From assembly GCA_965200965.1 (NCBI GenBank), contig OZ241744.1:384001-448000 (forward strand): a stretch of DNA of 64,000 nt, written 5' to 3'. The DNA is from an uncultured Candidatus Binatia bacterium. GTDB taxonomy: Bacteria; Desulfobacterota; Binatia; Bin18. A model generated the notes under the pieces. That model had not been told where the DNA came from and searched no databases. It worked only from the letters and a program-made list of their open reading frames with translations. Of the stretch, positions 19,989 to 30,812 are shown in pieces. Numbering within the stretch: position 1 is the stretch's first letter; each line of letters begins with the position of its first letter. Position numbers and translations under genes: made by a program.

Positions 19989-22371
19989 CCAGCCCACCCC
20001 CAGCCTGCCGCACAGCGTCTATCCGGTGGACGAATGGAACATTATTGAAAACCGCTACCATCCGCAGTTCCTGGCCAGAACCGAGACGCTGTTTGCGCTG
20101 AGCAACGGCTACCTGGGCCTGCGCGGCTGCTTTGAGGAAGACACTCCGGTTGAGCAGGACGGCACCTTTGTCAACGCCTTTTACGAGTCGTGGCCGATTG
20201 TCTACGGCGAGGAAGCCTACGGTTTTGCCCAGACTGGCCAGACGATTGTCAACCTCCCGAACAGCAAGATCATCAAGCTGTACGTTGATGACGAACCGCT
20301 CTCGCTGCGCTACGCCAGCCTGCTGAACTACAGCCGTACGCTCGATATGCGTGCCGGTACGCTCAACCGTGAGTTGCTGTGGGAGACGCCGGCCGGCAAG
20401 CGGGTGCTGATCAAGTCGCGCCGCCTAGTGTCCTTCAGCCACCGCCATCTGGCGGCCATCCGCTATCGGGTGACGGTCTTGAACGCCCCGGCCCCGGTCG
20501 TCATCTCCTCCGAGCTCGTCTATCGGCATAGCGTCCCGGACACCAGCAGTAATGATCCCCGCAAAGCGCGGGACTTCCCGGAGCGTCCGATCCTGCCCGA
20601 GCAGCACTACGCCCCGGAAGGGAAAGAGAGGCGGGCAATCCTGAGTCATGCCACCCGTCGCAGCCGGATGAAAATTGCGTGCGGGATTGATCACAGCCTG
20701 GAGACCGTCTGCGCCTCCTCCCACACCAGCGTGGTCGGGCCAGACTCCGGCAGTATTGTCTTCAGTATCGAAGCCCTGCCCGGCGAGCCGATCATTCTGA
20801 CCAAGTACATGACCTATCACACCTCCAGCTCAGTCCCGGCCAGCGATCTGTGTGCCCGGGCCGAGCGCACCCTTGACCGGGCTGTTGAGCACGGCTTTTC
20901 CGAGTTGCTGGACAGCCAGCAACTCCACCTGTACGACTTCTGGCAGCGCAGCGATGTGCAGGTTGGCGGCCAGCCAACGATCCAGCAGGCCGTGCGGTTC
21001 AATCTGTTTCAACTCTGTCAGGCGACCGCCAGAGCCGAGGGGGCCGGCGTGCCGGCCAAGGGGCTGACCGGCCAGGGCTATGAGGGCCACTATTTCTGGG
21101 ACGGAGAAATCTACATCGTCCCGTTTCTGATCTACACCACGCCCCGCATCGCTCACAACCTGATCAAGTTCCGCCACGAGAAGCTGCCCCACGCCCGGCT
21201 GCGGGCCCGAGATCTCAACCTGCGCGGTGCCCTCTTTCCGTGGCGGACGATTAGCGGCGAGGAAGCCTCGGCCTATTACGCCGCCGGCACGGCCCAGTAC
21301 CATATTGACGCCGATATCATCTACACCCTGCGCAAATATATTGAGGTCAGCGGCAACACCGGGTTCTTGCAGGACACCGGCGTAGAGATGTTGGTCGAGA
21401 CCGCCCGGATGTGGTGCACGCTGGGGTTCTACTCTGAACGAGCCGGCGGCACGTTTTGCATTCACGGCGTGACCGGGCCGGATGAGTATACCACGGTGGT
21501 GAATAACAACGCCTTTACCAATCTCATGGCCCGCGGGAACCTCCGCTACGCAGCCCAGGCGGTAGCCGCTCTGCGGGCTGAGAAACCCGGCTGGTATGCG
21601 GCTCTGGTGGACAAGACCGGCTTGGCTTTTGAAGAGATTGAGGAGTGGCGGGCTGCGGCCGAGCGGATGTATGTGCCCTACGACCAGGAACTTGGCATCC
21701 ACCCCCAGGACGACCACTTTCTGGAGCAGGAGCCGTGGGATTTTTCCAAGACGCCAACCGAGAAATACCCCCTCTTGCTGTACTACCATCCGCTGATGGT
21801 CTACCGCCGCCAGATCATCAAACAGGCCGATGTGGTGCTGGCCATGTTTCTGCTCGGCAACGAGTTCAGCCTGGAGCAGAAAAAGCGCAATTTTGACTAT
21901 TACGACCCCCTGACGACCGGCGACTCATCGCTGTCGGCCTCCGTCCAGAGCATTGTTGCCTCAGAAATCGGCTATGCCGAAAAAGCCTACGCATACTTCC
22001 GCTATGCCGCTTTCATGGACCTGGCCAACGTCAGGGGCAATGTGCAGGACGGTATGCATCTGGCCTCAATGGGCGGCACCTGGATGGCCCTGGTGTACGG
22101 CTTTGGCGGGATGCGCGACTACGGCGGCCACCTGTCGTTTGACCCCAAACTGCCCGTCCCCTGGGAGCGGCTGAGATTTCCCCTGACGGTCCGGGGCATG
22201 AGCCTCGTGGTCGATATTCAGCCCGAGACCGTAACCTATGTGCTGCGTCAGGGGAGCGAGTTGACGATTTCCCACCAGGGCCAGGAGGTGCGGCTGACCA
22301 TTGGTGTGCCCCGCTCCTGCCCGCTGCGTCCGTCTCCGCTCCCGTCTGCGTTAGCCGCAGCCGGAACATAA
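19981..22371 (+). CDS. Glycoside hydrolase family 65 (trehalose/maltose phosphorylase-like)
   Basis: SNGYLGLRG; GYEGHYFWD; VTGPDEY; IKQADV; GDSSLS. Confidence 0.93.
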   Translation: MISQPTPSLPHSVYPVDEWNIIENRYHPQFLARTETLFALSNGYLGLRGCFEEDTPVEQDGTFVNAFYESWPIVYGEEAYGFAQTGQTIVNLPNSKIIKLYVDDEPLSLRYASLLNYSRTLDMRAGTLNRELLWETPAGKRVLIKSRRLVSFSHRHLAAIRYRVTVLNAPAPVVISSELVYRHSVPDTSSNDPRKARDFPERPILPEQHYAPEGKERRAILSHATRRSRMKIACGIDHSLETVCASSHTSVVGPDSGSIVFSIEALPGEPIILTKYMTYHTSSSVPASDLCARAERTLDRAVEHGFSELLDSQQLHLYDFWQRSDVQVGGQPTIQQAVRFNLFQLCQATARAEGAGVPAKGLTGQGYEGHYFWDGEIYIVPFLIYTTPRIAHNLIKFRHEKLPHARLRARDLNLRGALFPWRTISGEEASAYYAAGTAQYHIDADIIYTLRKYIEVSGNTGFLQDTGVEMLVETARMWCTLGFYSERAGGTFCIHGVTGPDEYTTVVNNNAFTNLMARGNLRYAAQAVAALRAEKPGWYAALVDKTGLAFEEIEEWRAAAERMYVPYDQELGIHPQDDHFLEQEPWDFSKTPTEKYPLLLYYHPLMVYRRQIIKQADVVLAMFLLGNEFSLEQKKRNFDYYDPLTTGDSSLSASVQSIVASEIGYAEKAYAYFRYAAFMDLANVRGNVQDGMHLASMGGTWMALVYGFGGMRDYGGHLSFDPKLPVPWERLRFPLTVRGMSLVVDIQPETVTYVLRQGSELTISHQGQEVRLTIGVPRSCPLRPSPLPSALAAAGT

Positions 22372-22400
22372 ACAGATGGCGCACTACGAAAGGAGGCCCT

Positions 22401-22793
22401 ATGAGCAAAGAAGTTGTGACTCCCGCAGGTATGGAAAGCTATTATACGCGCTTCCATTTTGCCCCGGCGATCAGAGACGGCGATCGCCTGTTCTGCTCTG
22501 GCCAACTCGGCAACGGGGCCGATAACGCTATGTCGGATAATCCCGAAACCCAGTTCGCCCAGGCGTTTGAGAATGTCAAAGCCGTGCTGGAGCAGGCCGG
22601 GGCCTCGTTTGACAGCGTGGTCGAAATGACGACCTTTCATGTTGGCTTGCAGGAACACCTGGGGGCGTTTATGAAGGTCAAGGATCGCTATGTGGCAGAG
22701 CCCTATCCGGCCTGGACCGCGATTGGTGTGAGCGAGCTGGCCTTTCCAGATGCCCTGGTCGAGATCAAGATCATTGCTCGGCTCAGCGCCTGA
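22401..22793 (+). CDS. RidA/YjgF family protein
   Basis: LFCSGQ; AFENVKAVL; YPAWTAIGV; LVEIK. Confidence 0.88.
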   Translation: MSKEVVTPAGMESYYTRFHFAPAIRDGDRLFCSGQLGNGADNAMSDNPETQFAQAFENVKAVLEQAGASFDSVVEMTTFHVGLQEHLGAFMKVKDRYVAEPYPAWTAIGVSELAFPDALVEIKIIARLSA

Positions 22794-22799
22794 GCGGCG

Positions 22800-23459
22800 A
22801 TGAAACAGGCGGTCTATCTGGCCGGCCTGCTGGGGCTGATCGTTCTGCTGTGGCCCAGTCCCGTCCTGTATCCGCTCAAGCTGCTGGTGGTATTCTTTCA
22901 TGAGGCGTCTCACGCCCTGGTCACTGTGCTGACCGGCGGGACAGTTGTGTCCCTGGAAATTGACCCCCAGCAGGGCGGGCAGGTGTGTGCCAGCGGCGGC
23001 AACCGCTTTCTCAGCCTGAGCGCCGGCTATCTCGGCTCCCTGGCCTGGGGGTTGGCCGTGTACCTGCTGGCGGTCAAGACCCGCCGGCAAAAGACGCTCA
23101 TGGCCCTGCTCGGCCTGAGCGTAGTCGGTATCGCCGCGGCTTATGTCCGCGATCCCTTCACTCTGGCCTTCTGTGGGCTCACCGGACTGGCCATGCTGGG
23201 GCTCGGCCGCTGGCTCAAGCAGCAGATCAACGATGTTCTGCTGCGTCTGGTCGGCCTGACCAGTATGCTGTACGCGCCGCTGGATATCTATAGCGATACG
23301 ATTGCCCGGGCCGAGTTGCGTTCAGACGCCCGCATGCTGGCCGAAGAGTTCGGCGGCGCAACTGTGGTATGGGGCGGGGTGTGGATAGCGATCAGCCTGC
23401 TGGCTGTCGTGTATGCGCTGCGCTGGAGCCTGCGGACAAGGCCCCGGGCCGACCTGTAG
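22800..23459 (+). CDS. M50B-like membrane metallopeptidase
   Basis: HEASH; AGYLG; SDA motif; multiple TM helices. Confidence 0.85.
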   Translation: MKQAVYLAGLLGLIVLLWPSPVLYPLKLLVVFFHEASHALVTVLTGGTVVSLEIDPQQGGQVCASGGNRFLSLSAGYLGSLAWGLAVYLLAVKTRRQKTLMALLGLSVVGIAAAYVRDPFTLAFCGLTGLAMLGLGRWLKQQINDVLLRLVGLTSMLYAPLDIYSDTIARAELRSDARMLAEEFGGATVVWGGVWIAISLLAVVYALRWSLRTRPRADL

Positions 23460-23488
23460 ACAAGCCGCCGAGGGCTTGGAGGGCCAGC

Positions 23489-23734
23489 TCAGCTCTCGTC
23501 GCCGAGTGGTAGGATGTGGTCTTCGAGCAGACGCAGGGTCTGGTTTGCAATAGGTGGCCTCTGAGCGGACCCTTCGGTACGTCGCAGGTAATAAAAACGC
23601 TGTGGGCCGCTGGGGGTGGCCTGCAAGACCTGTGAGACAACCTGGAAGCGCTGCGCCCGCGGCCGGCCACCCGGCGGTGTATGGGTCACACACTGTCCAA
23701 TGCGATATTTGAAGTTTGCATCGGGTTTGGCCAT
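23489..23734 (-). CDS. Small hypothetical protein (possible SH3-like fold)
   Basis: GGAGGGAG SD; FKYRIGQCV...YYLR pattern. Confidence 0.55.
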   Translation of the reverse strand: MAKPDANFKYRIGQCVTHTPPGGRPRAQRFQVVSQVLQATPSGPQRFYYLRRTEGSAQRPPIANQTLRLLEDHILPLGDES

Positions 23735-24089
23735 GAACTCCCTCCAATCTGCCGCCGCTATGACCACAGGGAAGGGGGTCCGGGCTGGCCTGATATCAGA
23801 GGCGGCTGAGAAGCATCTGTCTAGCGTGCGGTTGGTCAGATTCGGACATCACAACTCCCCTCATCGGTGATAGCCCTATTGTAAGAGTTTTGATGCACAG
23901 CACAAGCACGGGTCTGTATACTTTGCCGGGATACGGCGATATCATCCTGCTCACCCGGCCGGCGATCTGGCCGCTCTGGAGGTGGTCGTTGGCCATGCCG
24001 GCTTGATCGCCCGGTTGCCTGGCCTGTACATTGCTCACTCAATGGGCGACCGAAAAGACTGCGACTACACGGGCGAGGCGGAGGCGGAG

Positions 24090-25787
24090 ATGGCGGATGT
24101 AGGGTCTGATTTAGCATCTGAATTGAGTCGCCTGGAGGGGCGATCGTATGGCTCGTACCGGGAGCTGCGCGGACGGACATATGGGCTGGGAGCCCAGCGG
24201 CTGAGCTTTGAGCATGTGCAGGGCGACCCGTTTGCCGCACCGAGTCGCATTCGAATTGACATCCCAAGCCCCGGCCTGCCCGAGTGGGCCTGCCGCGGTG
24301 CCGGGGCCAGCCGGGCCGCGGCCGATTTTGTGCATCGGGCGGTCATTCGGGAGTTGGCCAGCGCGCGCCGCAAAACAGGGAGTGGCAAAAGCGGTCTGCT
24401 TGACATTCTGCCGGTTGGTCAGCAGGTGCTGGAGCGAACCGCAGTAAGGCTCAAGCAGGACGGTGGCCTGCGGCTGCGCCTGAGCGTTGGGCTGCCGGCG
24501 GCCGGCCGGCGGATTCTGGGCCATGAGGCGGCAAGGCTGCTGACCGGCCGGCTGCCGCAGACGCTTGGCCGGGTCCTGGCAGGTCTCGACCACCAGCGGC
24601 TCGCCCACCATGTGCAGACGGTTGAAGATCAGCTGGCCTTGCGCCACCAGCTCGGCCCGCACGGCTTGGTCGCCTTTCTGGCCGAGGGCAGCATCCTGCC
24701 CCGCCACAGCGGGGCGGACGATCGGCCGCTCGGCGGAGCGATTCCGCTCCAGGTTCCGCCGGCCCTGGCCTGTGAGCTGCAAGCCCCCCACGCCGGCCGG
24801 CTGCGCGGGCTGGGCGTCCGAGCCGGGGTGACGCTCATCGCCGGCGGTGGCTATCACGGCAAATCTACCCTGCTGGCAGCCCTGGCTTACGGGGTGTATG
24901 ACCACATTCCGGGCGATGGCCGCGAGCGGTGCGTGACCGTCCCGGGCGCGGTCAGCATTCGGGCCGAGGACGGCCGCTCTGTCCGGGGGGTTGATTTGCG
25001 ACCGTTTATCACCGCCCTGCCCCTCGGTCGCCGCACAGACCGCTTTGACACCGCGGATGCCTCGGGCAGCACCTCGCAGGCCGCGGCCATTGTCGAGGCC
25101 CTTGAGGCCGGCGCGAGTGTGCTGTTGATCGATGAAGACACCGCGGCGACCAATTTCATGATCCGGGATGCCCGGATGCGACGCCTGGTGCCGGGCGACA
25201 AAGAGCCGATTACGCCCTATCTCGACCGCGTTCGCCAGCTGTGGGACGAACACGGGGTGTCTTCCATGCTGGTCGTCGGCGGGGCCGGCGACTATCTCGA
25301 CGTAGCCGATTGGGTGATTCATATGGACGAGTATCGGCCTCGTGATGTCACGGCTCGGGCCAAAGAGATCGCCCTGTCCCTGCCCCAAGTCAACCCTCGG
25401 CCGCCCGGAATGTGGCCGCCGGCCGCGGCCCGCCGACCCGACCCGCGCAGTCTGGACGCTACTCGGGGCCGAAAGGCCGAGCGGGTGCGCAGCGTCAAAA
25501 CCCGGACGATTGAGTTCGGCAGCGAAGAGATCGATGTCTCGCTGCTGTTTCAGTTGCTTGACCCGGCCCAGTGTCGCATGATCGGGGATGTGTTGCTGGA
25601 GTGCGCCCGAGGCCTGTGTGACGGCCGGCACAGCCTAGCCGAAATCCTGGACCAGATTGAGACGTGCATTGACCACGAGGGTCTGGAAGCCCTGACCCAG
25701 CCCGGCTTTGGCGACCGGGCCCGGGCCCGGCGTTTTGAGATTGCCGCGGCCCTCAACCGGCTGCGCAGCCTGCGCCTGATGCCCTGA
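24090..25787 (+). CDS. Predicted ABC-class ATPase (COG3044-like)
   Basis: HVQGDPFAAPSR; GGGYHGKST; IRAEDGR; ASGSTSQA; LLIDEDT. Confidence 0.88.
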   Translation: MADVGSDLASELSRLEGRSYGSYRELRGRTYGLGAQRLSFEHVQGDPFAAPSRIRIDIPSPGLPEWACRGAGASRAAADFVHRAVIRELASARRKTGSGKSGLLDILPVGQQVLERTAVRLKQDGGLRLRLSVGLPAAGRRILGHEAARLLTGRLPQTLGRVLAGLDHQRLAHHVQTVEDQLALRHQLGPHGLVAFLAEGSILPRHSGADDRPLGGAIPLQVPPALACELQAPHAGRLRGLGVRAGVTLIAGGGYHGKSTLLAALAYGVYDHIPGDGRERCVTVPGAVSIRAEDGRSVRGVDLRPFITALPLGRRTDRFDTADASGSTSQAAAIVEALEAGASVLLIDEDTAATNFMIRDARMRRLVPGDKEPITPYLDRVRQLWDEHGVSSMLVVGGAGDYLDVADWVIHMDEYRPRDVTARAKEIALSLPQVNPRPPGMWPPAAARRPDPRSLDATRGRKAERVRSVKTRTIEFGSEEIDVSLLFQLLDPAQCRMIGDVLLECARGLCDGRHSLAEILDQIETCIDHEGLEALTQPGFGDRARARRFEIAAALNRLRSLRLMP

Positions 25788-25819
25788 GAAGCCAGTGCCT
25801 CCCGCCCCATCCCATGCGA

Positions 25820-26995
25820 CTAGGCGTCTTGCAGGGTGGCGACCCCGGGCAGCTGTTTGCCCTCCAGGAACTCCAGCGAGGCTCCACCGCCGGTTGAGAT
25901 ATGCGTCATCCGGTCGGCAAGACCGGACTGCTTGACCGCCGCGGCGGAATCACCGCCGCCAATAATCGTGGTTGACTGCGTGAGCTCGGCCATAGCTCGG
26001 GCAATGGCAACGGTACCGAGCGCAAAAGGCGGTATCTCAAACACGCCCATCGGGCCATTCCAGACCACGGTGCGGGCGTGTTGCAGGCCGGCTGTAAAGC
26101 GGGCGATGGTGCGGGGGCCGATGTCCACAATCCGCCACCCGTCGAGCACGGCATCAACGCTGACGGTCTGGTGTTGCGCCCCAGCGTCCAATTGGTCGGC
26201 AATCCACACGTCCTCGGGCAGCATCAGTGTGTCACCGGCCTGCTGGAGCAGACCCCGAGCCAGCTCAAGGGCGTCGGCTTCAAGCAGCGATTGCCCGACC
26301 GCTTTGCCCTTGGCTCTGAGGAAGGTATTGGCCATGCCCCCACCGATGAGGAGGCGGTCAACCGTGTTGAGCAGCCGCTCAATCACGCCGATCTTGTCCG
26401 ACACCTTGGCCCCGCCCAGAATGGCGACAAAGGGGCGGTCGGGCGCGGCCAGGACCTTACCCAGAACGGTGAGCTCGCGTTCCATGAGCAGGCCGGCCAC
26501 CGCTGGCAGCCAGGCTGTCACCCCCGCGGTTGAGGCGTGGGCCCGGTGGGCCGAGCCAAAGGCGTCATTCACATAGACATCGGCCAGGCTGGCGAGTGCC
26601 TGGCAGAAGGCTGGCTCATTGGCCTCTTCCTCGGCATGGAAACGCAGGTTTTCGAGTAGTAGCAGATCGCCCGGCCGCAGGGCCGCGGCCTGCGCTGTGA
26701 CTGCCGGACCGATGCAGTCAGACGCCATCTGGACTGGCCGACCGATCAGCTGGCCCAGCCGCTCAGCCACGGGTGTCAGGCTGTAGACGGGCTTGGGCCG
26801 GCCGTGTGGTCGGCCCAGGTGAGAGCACAGGATCAGTTTTGCGCCCTGCTCAATGCCATACTCCAGGGTCGGCAGGGCGGCCCGGATGCGGGTGTCGTCG
26901 CTGACCCTGCCACGCTCCAGTGGGACATTGAAATCGACCCGGACCAGGACGCGCTGGCCGTCAAGGGCGAGATCACGAAGAGACTTTTTCGGCAT
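25820..26995 (-). CDS. pgk: Phosphoglycerate kinase
   Basis: VRVDFNVP; SHLGRP; LLENLRF; WNGPMGVFE; [11 protein letters not shown]. Confidence 0.97.
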   Translation of the reverse strand: MPKKSLRDLALDGQRVLVRVDFNVPLERGRVSDDTRIRAALPTLEYGIEQGAKLILCSHLGRPHGRPKPVYSLTPVAERLGQLIGRPVQMASDCIGPAVTAQAAALRPGDLLLLENLRFHAEEEANEPAFCQALASLADVYVNDAFGSAHRAHASTAGVTAWLPAVAGLLMERELTVLGKVLAAPDRPFVAILGGAKVSDKIGVIERLLNTVDRLLIGGGMANTFLRAKGKAVGQSLLEADALELARGLLQQAGDTLMLPEDVWIADQLDAGAQHQTVSVDAVLDGWRIVDIGPRTIARFTAGLQHARTVVWNGPMGVFEIPPFALGTVAIARAMAELTQSTTIIGGGDSAAAVKQSGLADRMTHISTGGGASLEFLEGKQLPGVATLQDA

Positions 26996-27173
26996 CGGCT
27001 TTCCCCTCCAGGACCGCATCTTTCTTGGCTCCAGTCTGCGCTTTGGGCCGCGGGACATCTGCCTATAGCCACGCTTCTCCCCTGGGTCAACACCGGCAAT
27101 TGATCTGGAGGGAGGGAGACGGATAGGCTAGAGGCCGTGCGTGGGGCAGTGCCCCGCCTGTCGGTCCAAGGCT

Positions 27174-28895
27174 ATGCCACGTCTCACGTCTCTTGCCTAT
27201 CCCCTTGTCCTGGTGTTGCTCAGCGCCGTCGTGTTTATAGGACCGCTGTTTTTTGTCGATATTGTCGGCTTCAACGAGGCCCAAGACGGGCTGCGGCTGC
27301 ACGCTTTTGTCACCTCAGAGGACCCGGGAGTAGGGTGCTGGCTGTTTCCCAGCGTGCGCAAGCCGCCGCTGTTCTATTGGCTTGGGGCCGGTGTCGTCTG
27401 GCTGCGGGACGGGGCGCTGGACGCGCTGTCAGCCCGGCTGCCCTCGGCCCTGCTGGCTGGCGGCGGGGTGCTCATGCTGGTGTGGCTGGGACGGCTGGCG
27501 GTCGGTCCCGTGGCTGGCTGGCTGGCGGCCGGCGTCCTGCTCACCGCCCCCCTGTATGTTGAGCAGGCGCGCATGGCCCGGCCCGATATGGCGCTGTGCT
27601 TTTTTGTCAGCCTGAGCCTCGGCCTGTTTTTTCTGGCCCACACGCGCCAGCAGCGGCCGCCCGCCTGGCTGCCGCTCGTCCCCTACGGCTTTGCCCTGAG
27701 CCTGCTTGGGGCGGTGTTCAGCAAGGGACCGCTGGGAGCGGTCCTGGTTGGCCTGCCGGTCCTGGCCTTTGCCGTGTGGCGGCGTGAACTCGCCCCGCTG
27801 CGGCTGCTGGGTCGGCCGGGACCGGTTCTGCTGGTGCTGGTCGTGGGGCTGGGCTGGTACGCCGGGGTGCTGTGGTGGCAGCCCGAGCGCTTCTGGGCTG
27901 TCCAGATTGGAGAAGAGAATCTGGGGCGCTTTTTTGGCCGCATTGATGTCATGTCGCCGTTCTATTACCTGGATGTGATCTTTCTCCGTTTTGCGCCGTG
28001 GAGTGTAGTGTTGCCCGTTGCGGTGTGGCGGGCCCTGCGGTCCCAGCAGGACGGCCCGGTTTTTGTGGCCGTGTGGTGGACGACGCTGACGGTGTTCTTT
28101 CATCTGGCCGCCTATAAACGCGCCCGCTACCTGCTGCCGGCCTTTCCGCCGGCCGCCCTGTTAGTCGGCTGGTGGCTGGCGAGCTCCGCTCCTGGCCTTG
28201 CCGCCCGCTGCCGGGACTGGCCGGGGTGGCGTCCGCTGCTCCAGTTGGCTTGGGGGGCGGGGCTGCTGGTCCTGTGCCTCGGCCTGTCTGTTCTGGTTTC
28301 GAGCCAGTCCGAACAGCAGACGGCCTGCCGGCTGGCGTTGGCGGTGTTTCCCTCCCGGGTTACCGCCCAGCCGGTCCACTACTGTCAGTGGCTGGGTGGG
28401 CAGTTGGGTCTGGGGCTGGGCGGCTGGGCGGCGTGTGGGCTGGCCTTCGGCGGGGCCGTGTTTACGCTCCAGCGGGGACGCCTGGCCGGGGCGTTTGGCT
28501 GTGCGGTCGCCGGCCTGCTTGTCTTTCACGGCCTCATACAGCCCTCGTGGCTTGCGGTTGAGAGCCGGGCGCGTTTTCCCCGGGCCGTGGTCCACCAAGT
28601 TGTGCAGCACACCTACGGCCGCGGCCCGGTGTTTGTGGTCCGCCCGCTGACGAGCGCCCAAGACCCCGATGTGGCAGCCCTGTTTCATATTCAGCAATAC
28701 GTCCACATGCGTGAGCTGTGGTGGCCGCCCGGCCAGCCACCGCCGCCCTTGGCCGCCGGTGCCTATCTTGTCCCGGCCCAGCGCCGGACCGAGATTGCCG
28801 GCTACCCGCCCGGCCAGTGGCAGGAACAGCAGGTTACAACGGGCCGACCCTGGACATTTGCCCTGCTGCGCTACCGCCCCGGGCCGCCTCTCTAG
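27174..28895 (+). CDS. ArnT/GT-C family membrane glycosyltransferase
   Basis: KPPLFYW; ARLPSAL; ARMARPD; KGPLG; KRARYLLP. Confidence 0.85.
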   Translation: MPRLTSLAYPLVLVLLSAVVFIGPLFFVDIVGFNEAQDGLRLHAFVTSEDPGVGCWLFPSVRKPPLFYWLGAGVVWLRDGALDALSARLPSALLAGGGVLMLVWLGRLAVGPVAGWLAAGVLLTAPLYVEQARMARPDMALCFFVSLSLGLFFLAHTRQQRPPAWLPLVPYGFALSLLGAVFSKGPLGAVLVGLPVLAFAVWRRELAPLRLLGRPGPVLLVLVVGLGWYAGVLWWQPERFWAVQIGEENLGRFFGRIDVMSPFYYLDVIFLRFAPWSVVLPVAVWRALRSQQDGPVFVAVWWTTLTVFFHLAAYKRARYLLPAFPPAALLVGWWLASSAPGLAARCRDWPGWRPLLQLAWGAGLLVLCLGLSVLVSSQSEQQTACRLALAVFPSRVTAQPVHYCQWLGGQLGLGLGGWAACGLAFGGAVFTLQRGRLAGAFGCAVAGLLVFHGLIQPSWLAVESRARFPRAVVHQVVQHTYGRGPVFVVRPLTSAQDPDVAALFHIQQYVHMRELWWPPGQPPPPLAAGAYLVPAQRRTEIAGYPPGQWQEQQVTTGRPWTFALLRYRPGPPL

Positions 28896-28927
28896 AAAAA
28901 TGCCTCAGACGCCTGTATAACCGGGCC

Positions 28928-30460
28928 ATGCGGATTGTGCGCGGCGATATTGACGGATTTTTTGGGCTGTTTGTCGATAATCTGATCCAGCTCATGCTAA
29001 TTGCCGTGCTGGGCGTGGTGGTGTGCGGCTTTCCACCCGAGCTGATAAGCGGCCAGATTCTGCCTGGGGCGGCCCTCTCGATTCTGTTCGGCAATGCCTT
29101 CTACACCTGGCAGGCCCGGCGTCTGATGCGGCAGACCGGGCGGGACGATGTGACGGCGCTGCCCTACGGCATCAACACCCCGAGCCAGATTGCCTATTTT
29201 TTTCTGATTATGGGCCCCATCTATCAGGCGACCGAGAACCCGACCCTGGCTTGGCAGGCCGGCCTGTTTGCGTGCTTCCTGAGCGGCGTTCTGGAAGTGG
29301 CCGGCGCGTTTGTCGGCGACTGGCTGCGCCGCTATACCCCACGGGCGGCCCTGCTGGCTGCCCTGGCCGGCATTGCCATGACGTTCATTGCGATGGGCTT
29401 TGTGTTTCAGATCTTTGCCAGCCCAGCCATCGCCCTGCTGCCAATGCTGATGATCCTGGTCGGCTATGCCTCGCGCACATCCCTGCCGCTGGGGCTGCCG
29501 AGCGGACTGGTGGCCGTCTTGACCGGCATCGGCCTAGCTTGGCTGTTGCGCGCCCTGGGCTGGTCTGTGTTTGAACCATCGCCGGCCAGTTCCTCGTTTG
29601 GCCTCCATGTCCCGCGCCCTGTGCCGGGCGATCTATTTGATCTGCTGAGCAGCGGAGAGGGCTGGAAATACCTGGCGGTGATTGTCCCGATGGGCCTGTT
29701 CAATGTGATTGGCTCGCTCCAGAATCTGGAGAGCGCCGAGGCGGCCGGCGACCGCTATGAGACGCGCCCGTGTCTGCTGGCCAACGGCATTGGGACGCTG
29801 GTCGCCGCCCTGTTTGGCAGCGCTTTTCCGACCACCATCTATATTGGCCACCCGGCCTGGAAGGCGATGGGTGCCCGGACGGCCTACTCGATGCTCAACG
29901 GGCTGGTGGTCACGGTGCTGTGTCTGCTTGGCGGGATTGGGCTGGTCTTGCAGTTTGTCCCGCTGGAAGCGACGCTGGGGATTCTGCTGTGGATCGGGAT
30001 CATGATGACTGCCCAGGCTTTTCAAACCGTCCCGCAGTCCCACGCCCTGGCCGTGGCTTTTGGGCTGCTGCCCTCCCTGGCTGCCTGGGCGCTGTTGCTG
30101 ATCGAGACCAGCATTGGCAAGGCCGGCTCAAGTCTGTACGCGGTCGCGCCGACATTTGGGCCGCAGCTGTATATCCACGGGGTGATCGCGCTCAGCCAGG
30201 GTTTTGTGCTGAGCGCGATGATCCTGGCCGCGGTGCTGGTGTACGTCATTGAGCGCGAGTTTCTGCGCGCCGCGGCCTGGACTGCGGCGGCCGCGGTGTT
30301 ATCGCTGGTCGGCCTGATCCACGCCTATGCCCTCACGTCGACCGGCGTCCAGAATGTGTTTGGGCTGGCCGCCGCCCCGAACTTCGCCGTAATGTACGCC
30401 CTGGCGGCCGTACTCCTGGTCGGCCTGCACCTGCTGGGGCCTCGAGAAGAGGGCGGCTAG
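28928..30460 (+). CDS. NCS2/AzgA-like permease
   Basis: GDIDGFFGLFVDNLIQ; TALPYGINTP; NLESAEAAGD; YIGHPAWK. Confidence 0.85.
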   Translation: MRIVRGDIDGFFGLFVDNLIQLMLIAVLGVVVCGFPPELISGQILPGAALSILFGNAFYTWQARRLMRQTGRDDVTALPYGINTPSQIAYFFLIMGPIYQATENPTLAWQAGLFACFLSGVLEVAGAFVGDWLRRYTPRAALLAALAGIAMTFIAMGFVFQIFASPAIALLPMLMILVGYASRTSLPLGLPSGLVAVLTGIGLAWLLRALGWSVFEPSPASSSFGLHVPRPVPGDLFDLLSSGEGWKYLAVIVPMGLFNVIGSLQNLESAEAAGDRYETRPCLLANGIGTLVAALFGSAFPTTIYIGHPAWKAMGARTAYSMLNGLVVTVLCLLGGIGLVLQFVPLEATLGILLWIGIMMTAQAFQTVPQSHALAVAFGLLPSLAAWALLLIETSIGKAGSSLYAVAPTFGPQLYIHGVIALSQGFVLSAMILAAVLVYVIEREFLRAAAWTAAAAVLSLVGLIHAYALTSTGVQNVFGLAAAPNFAVMYALAAVLLVGLHLLGPREEGG

Positions 30461-30478
30461 GGGCCGGCCTCTTCTTTT
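30445..30478 (+). terminator. Intrinsic terminator after the permease
   Basis: AGAAGAGG...CCTCTTCT stem followed by TTT. Confidence 0.55.
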
Positions 30479-30544
30479 GTGAGGAAAACGGCCAGGGCAG
30501 ACGCCAGCAGACGGGATATGGGCCGCTCCTGTCAGTGCAATGGC

Positions 30545-30745
30545 ACGCACGCCGGGAATGACTTGGCTGGCAAACAGTTCAAGGTGGAGTTGGACCCAGC
30601 TGGCCGGCAGGCCCGGCGGCAGGGTCCAGGAATAGTAGTGGGTCAATGGCGTTTCAGCCGCGTAGTCGCGGATCATCCTGATGCAGGTGTCCACATCGAC
30701 AATGTGCAGCAGACCGAGTTTGCGCAGGTGGGCGCGGTCGCGGAT
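30545..30745 (-). pseudogene. Orphan C-terminal fragment of an LLM-class oxidoreductase
   Basis: LHIVDVDTCIRMIRDY...WTLPPGLP...HLELFASQVIP; no N-terminus; bounds approximate. Confidence 0.6.
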
Positions 30746-30812
30746 GGTCTCCGAACAGAGGCATTCCGGCCTTGGCCGACCACTCGGCGTAAGCGTTGAT
30801 CTGACAGGGCAC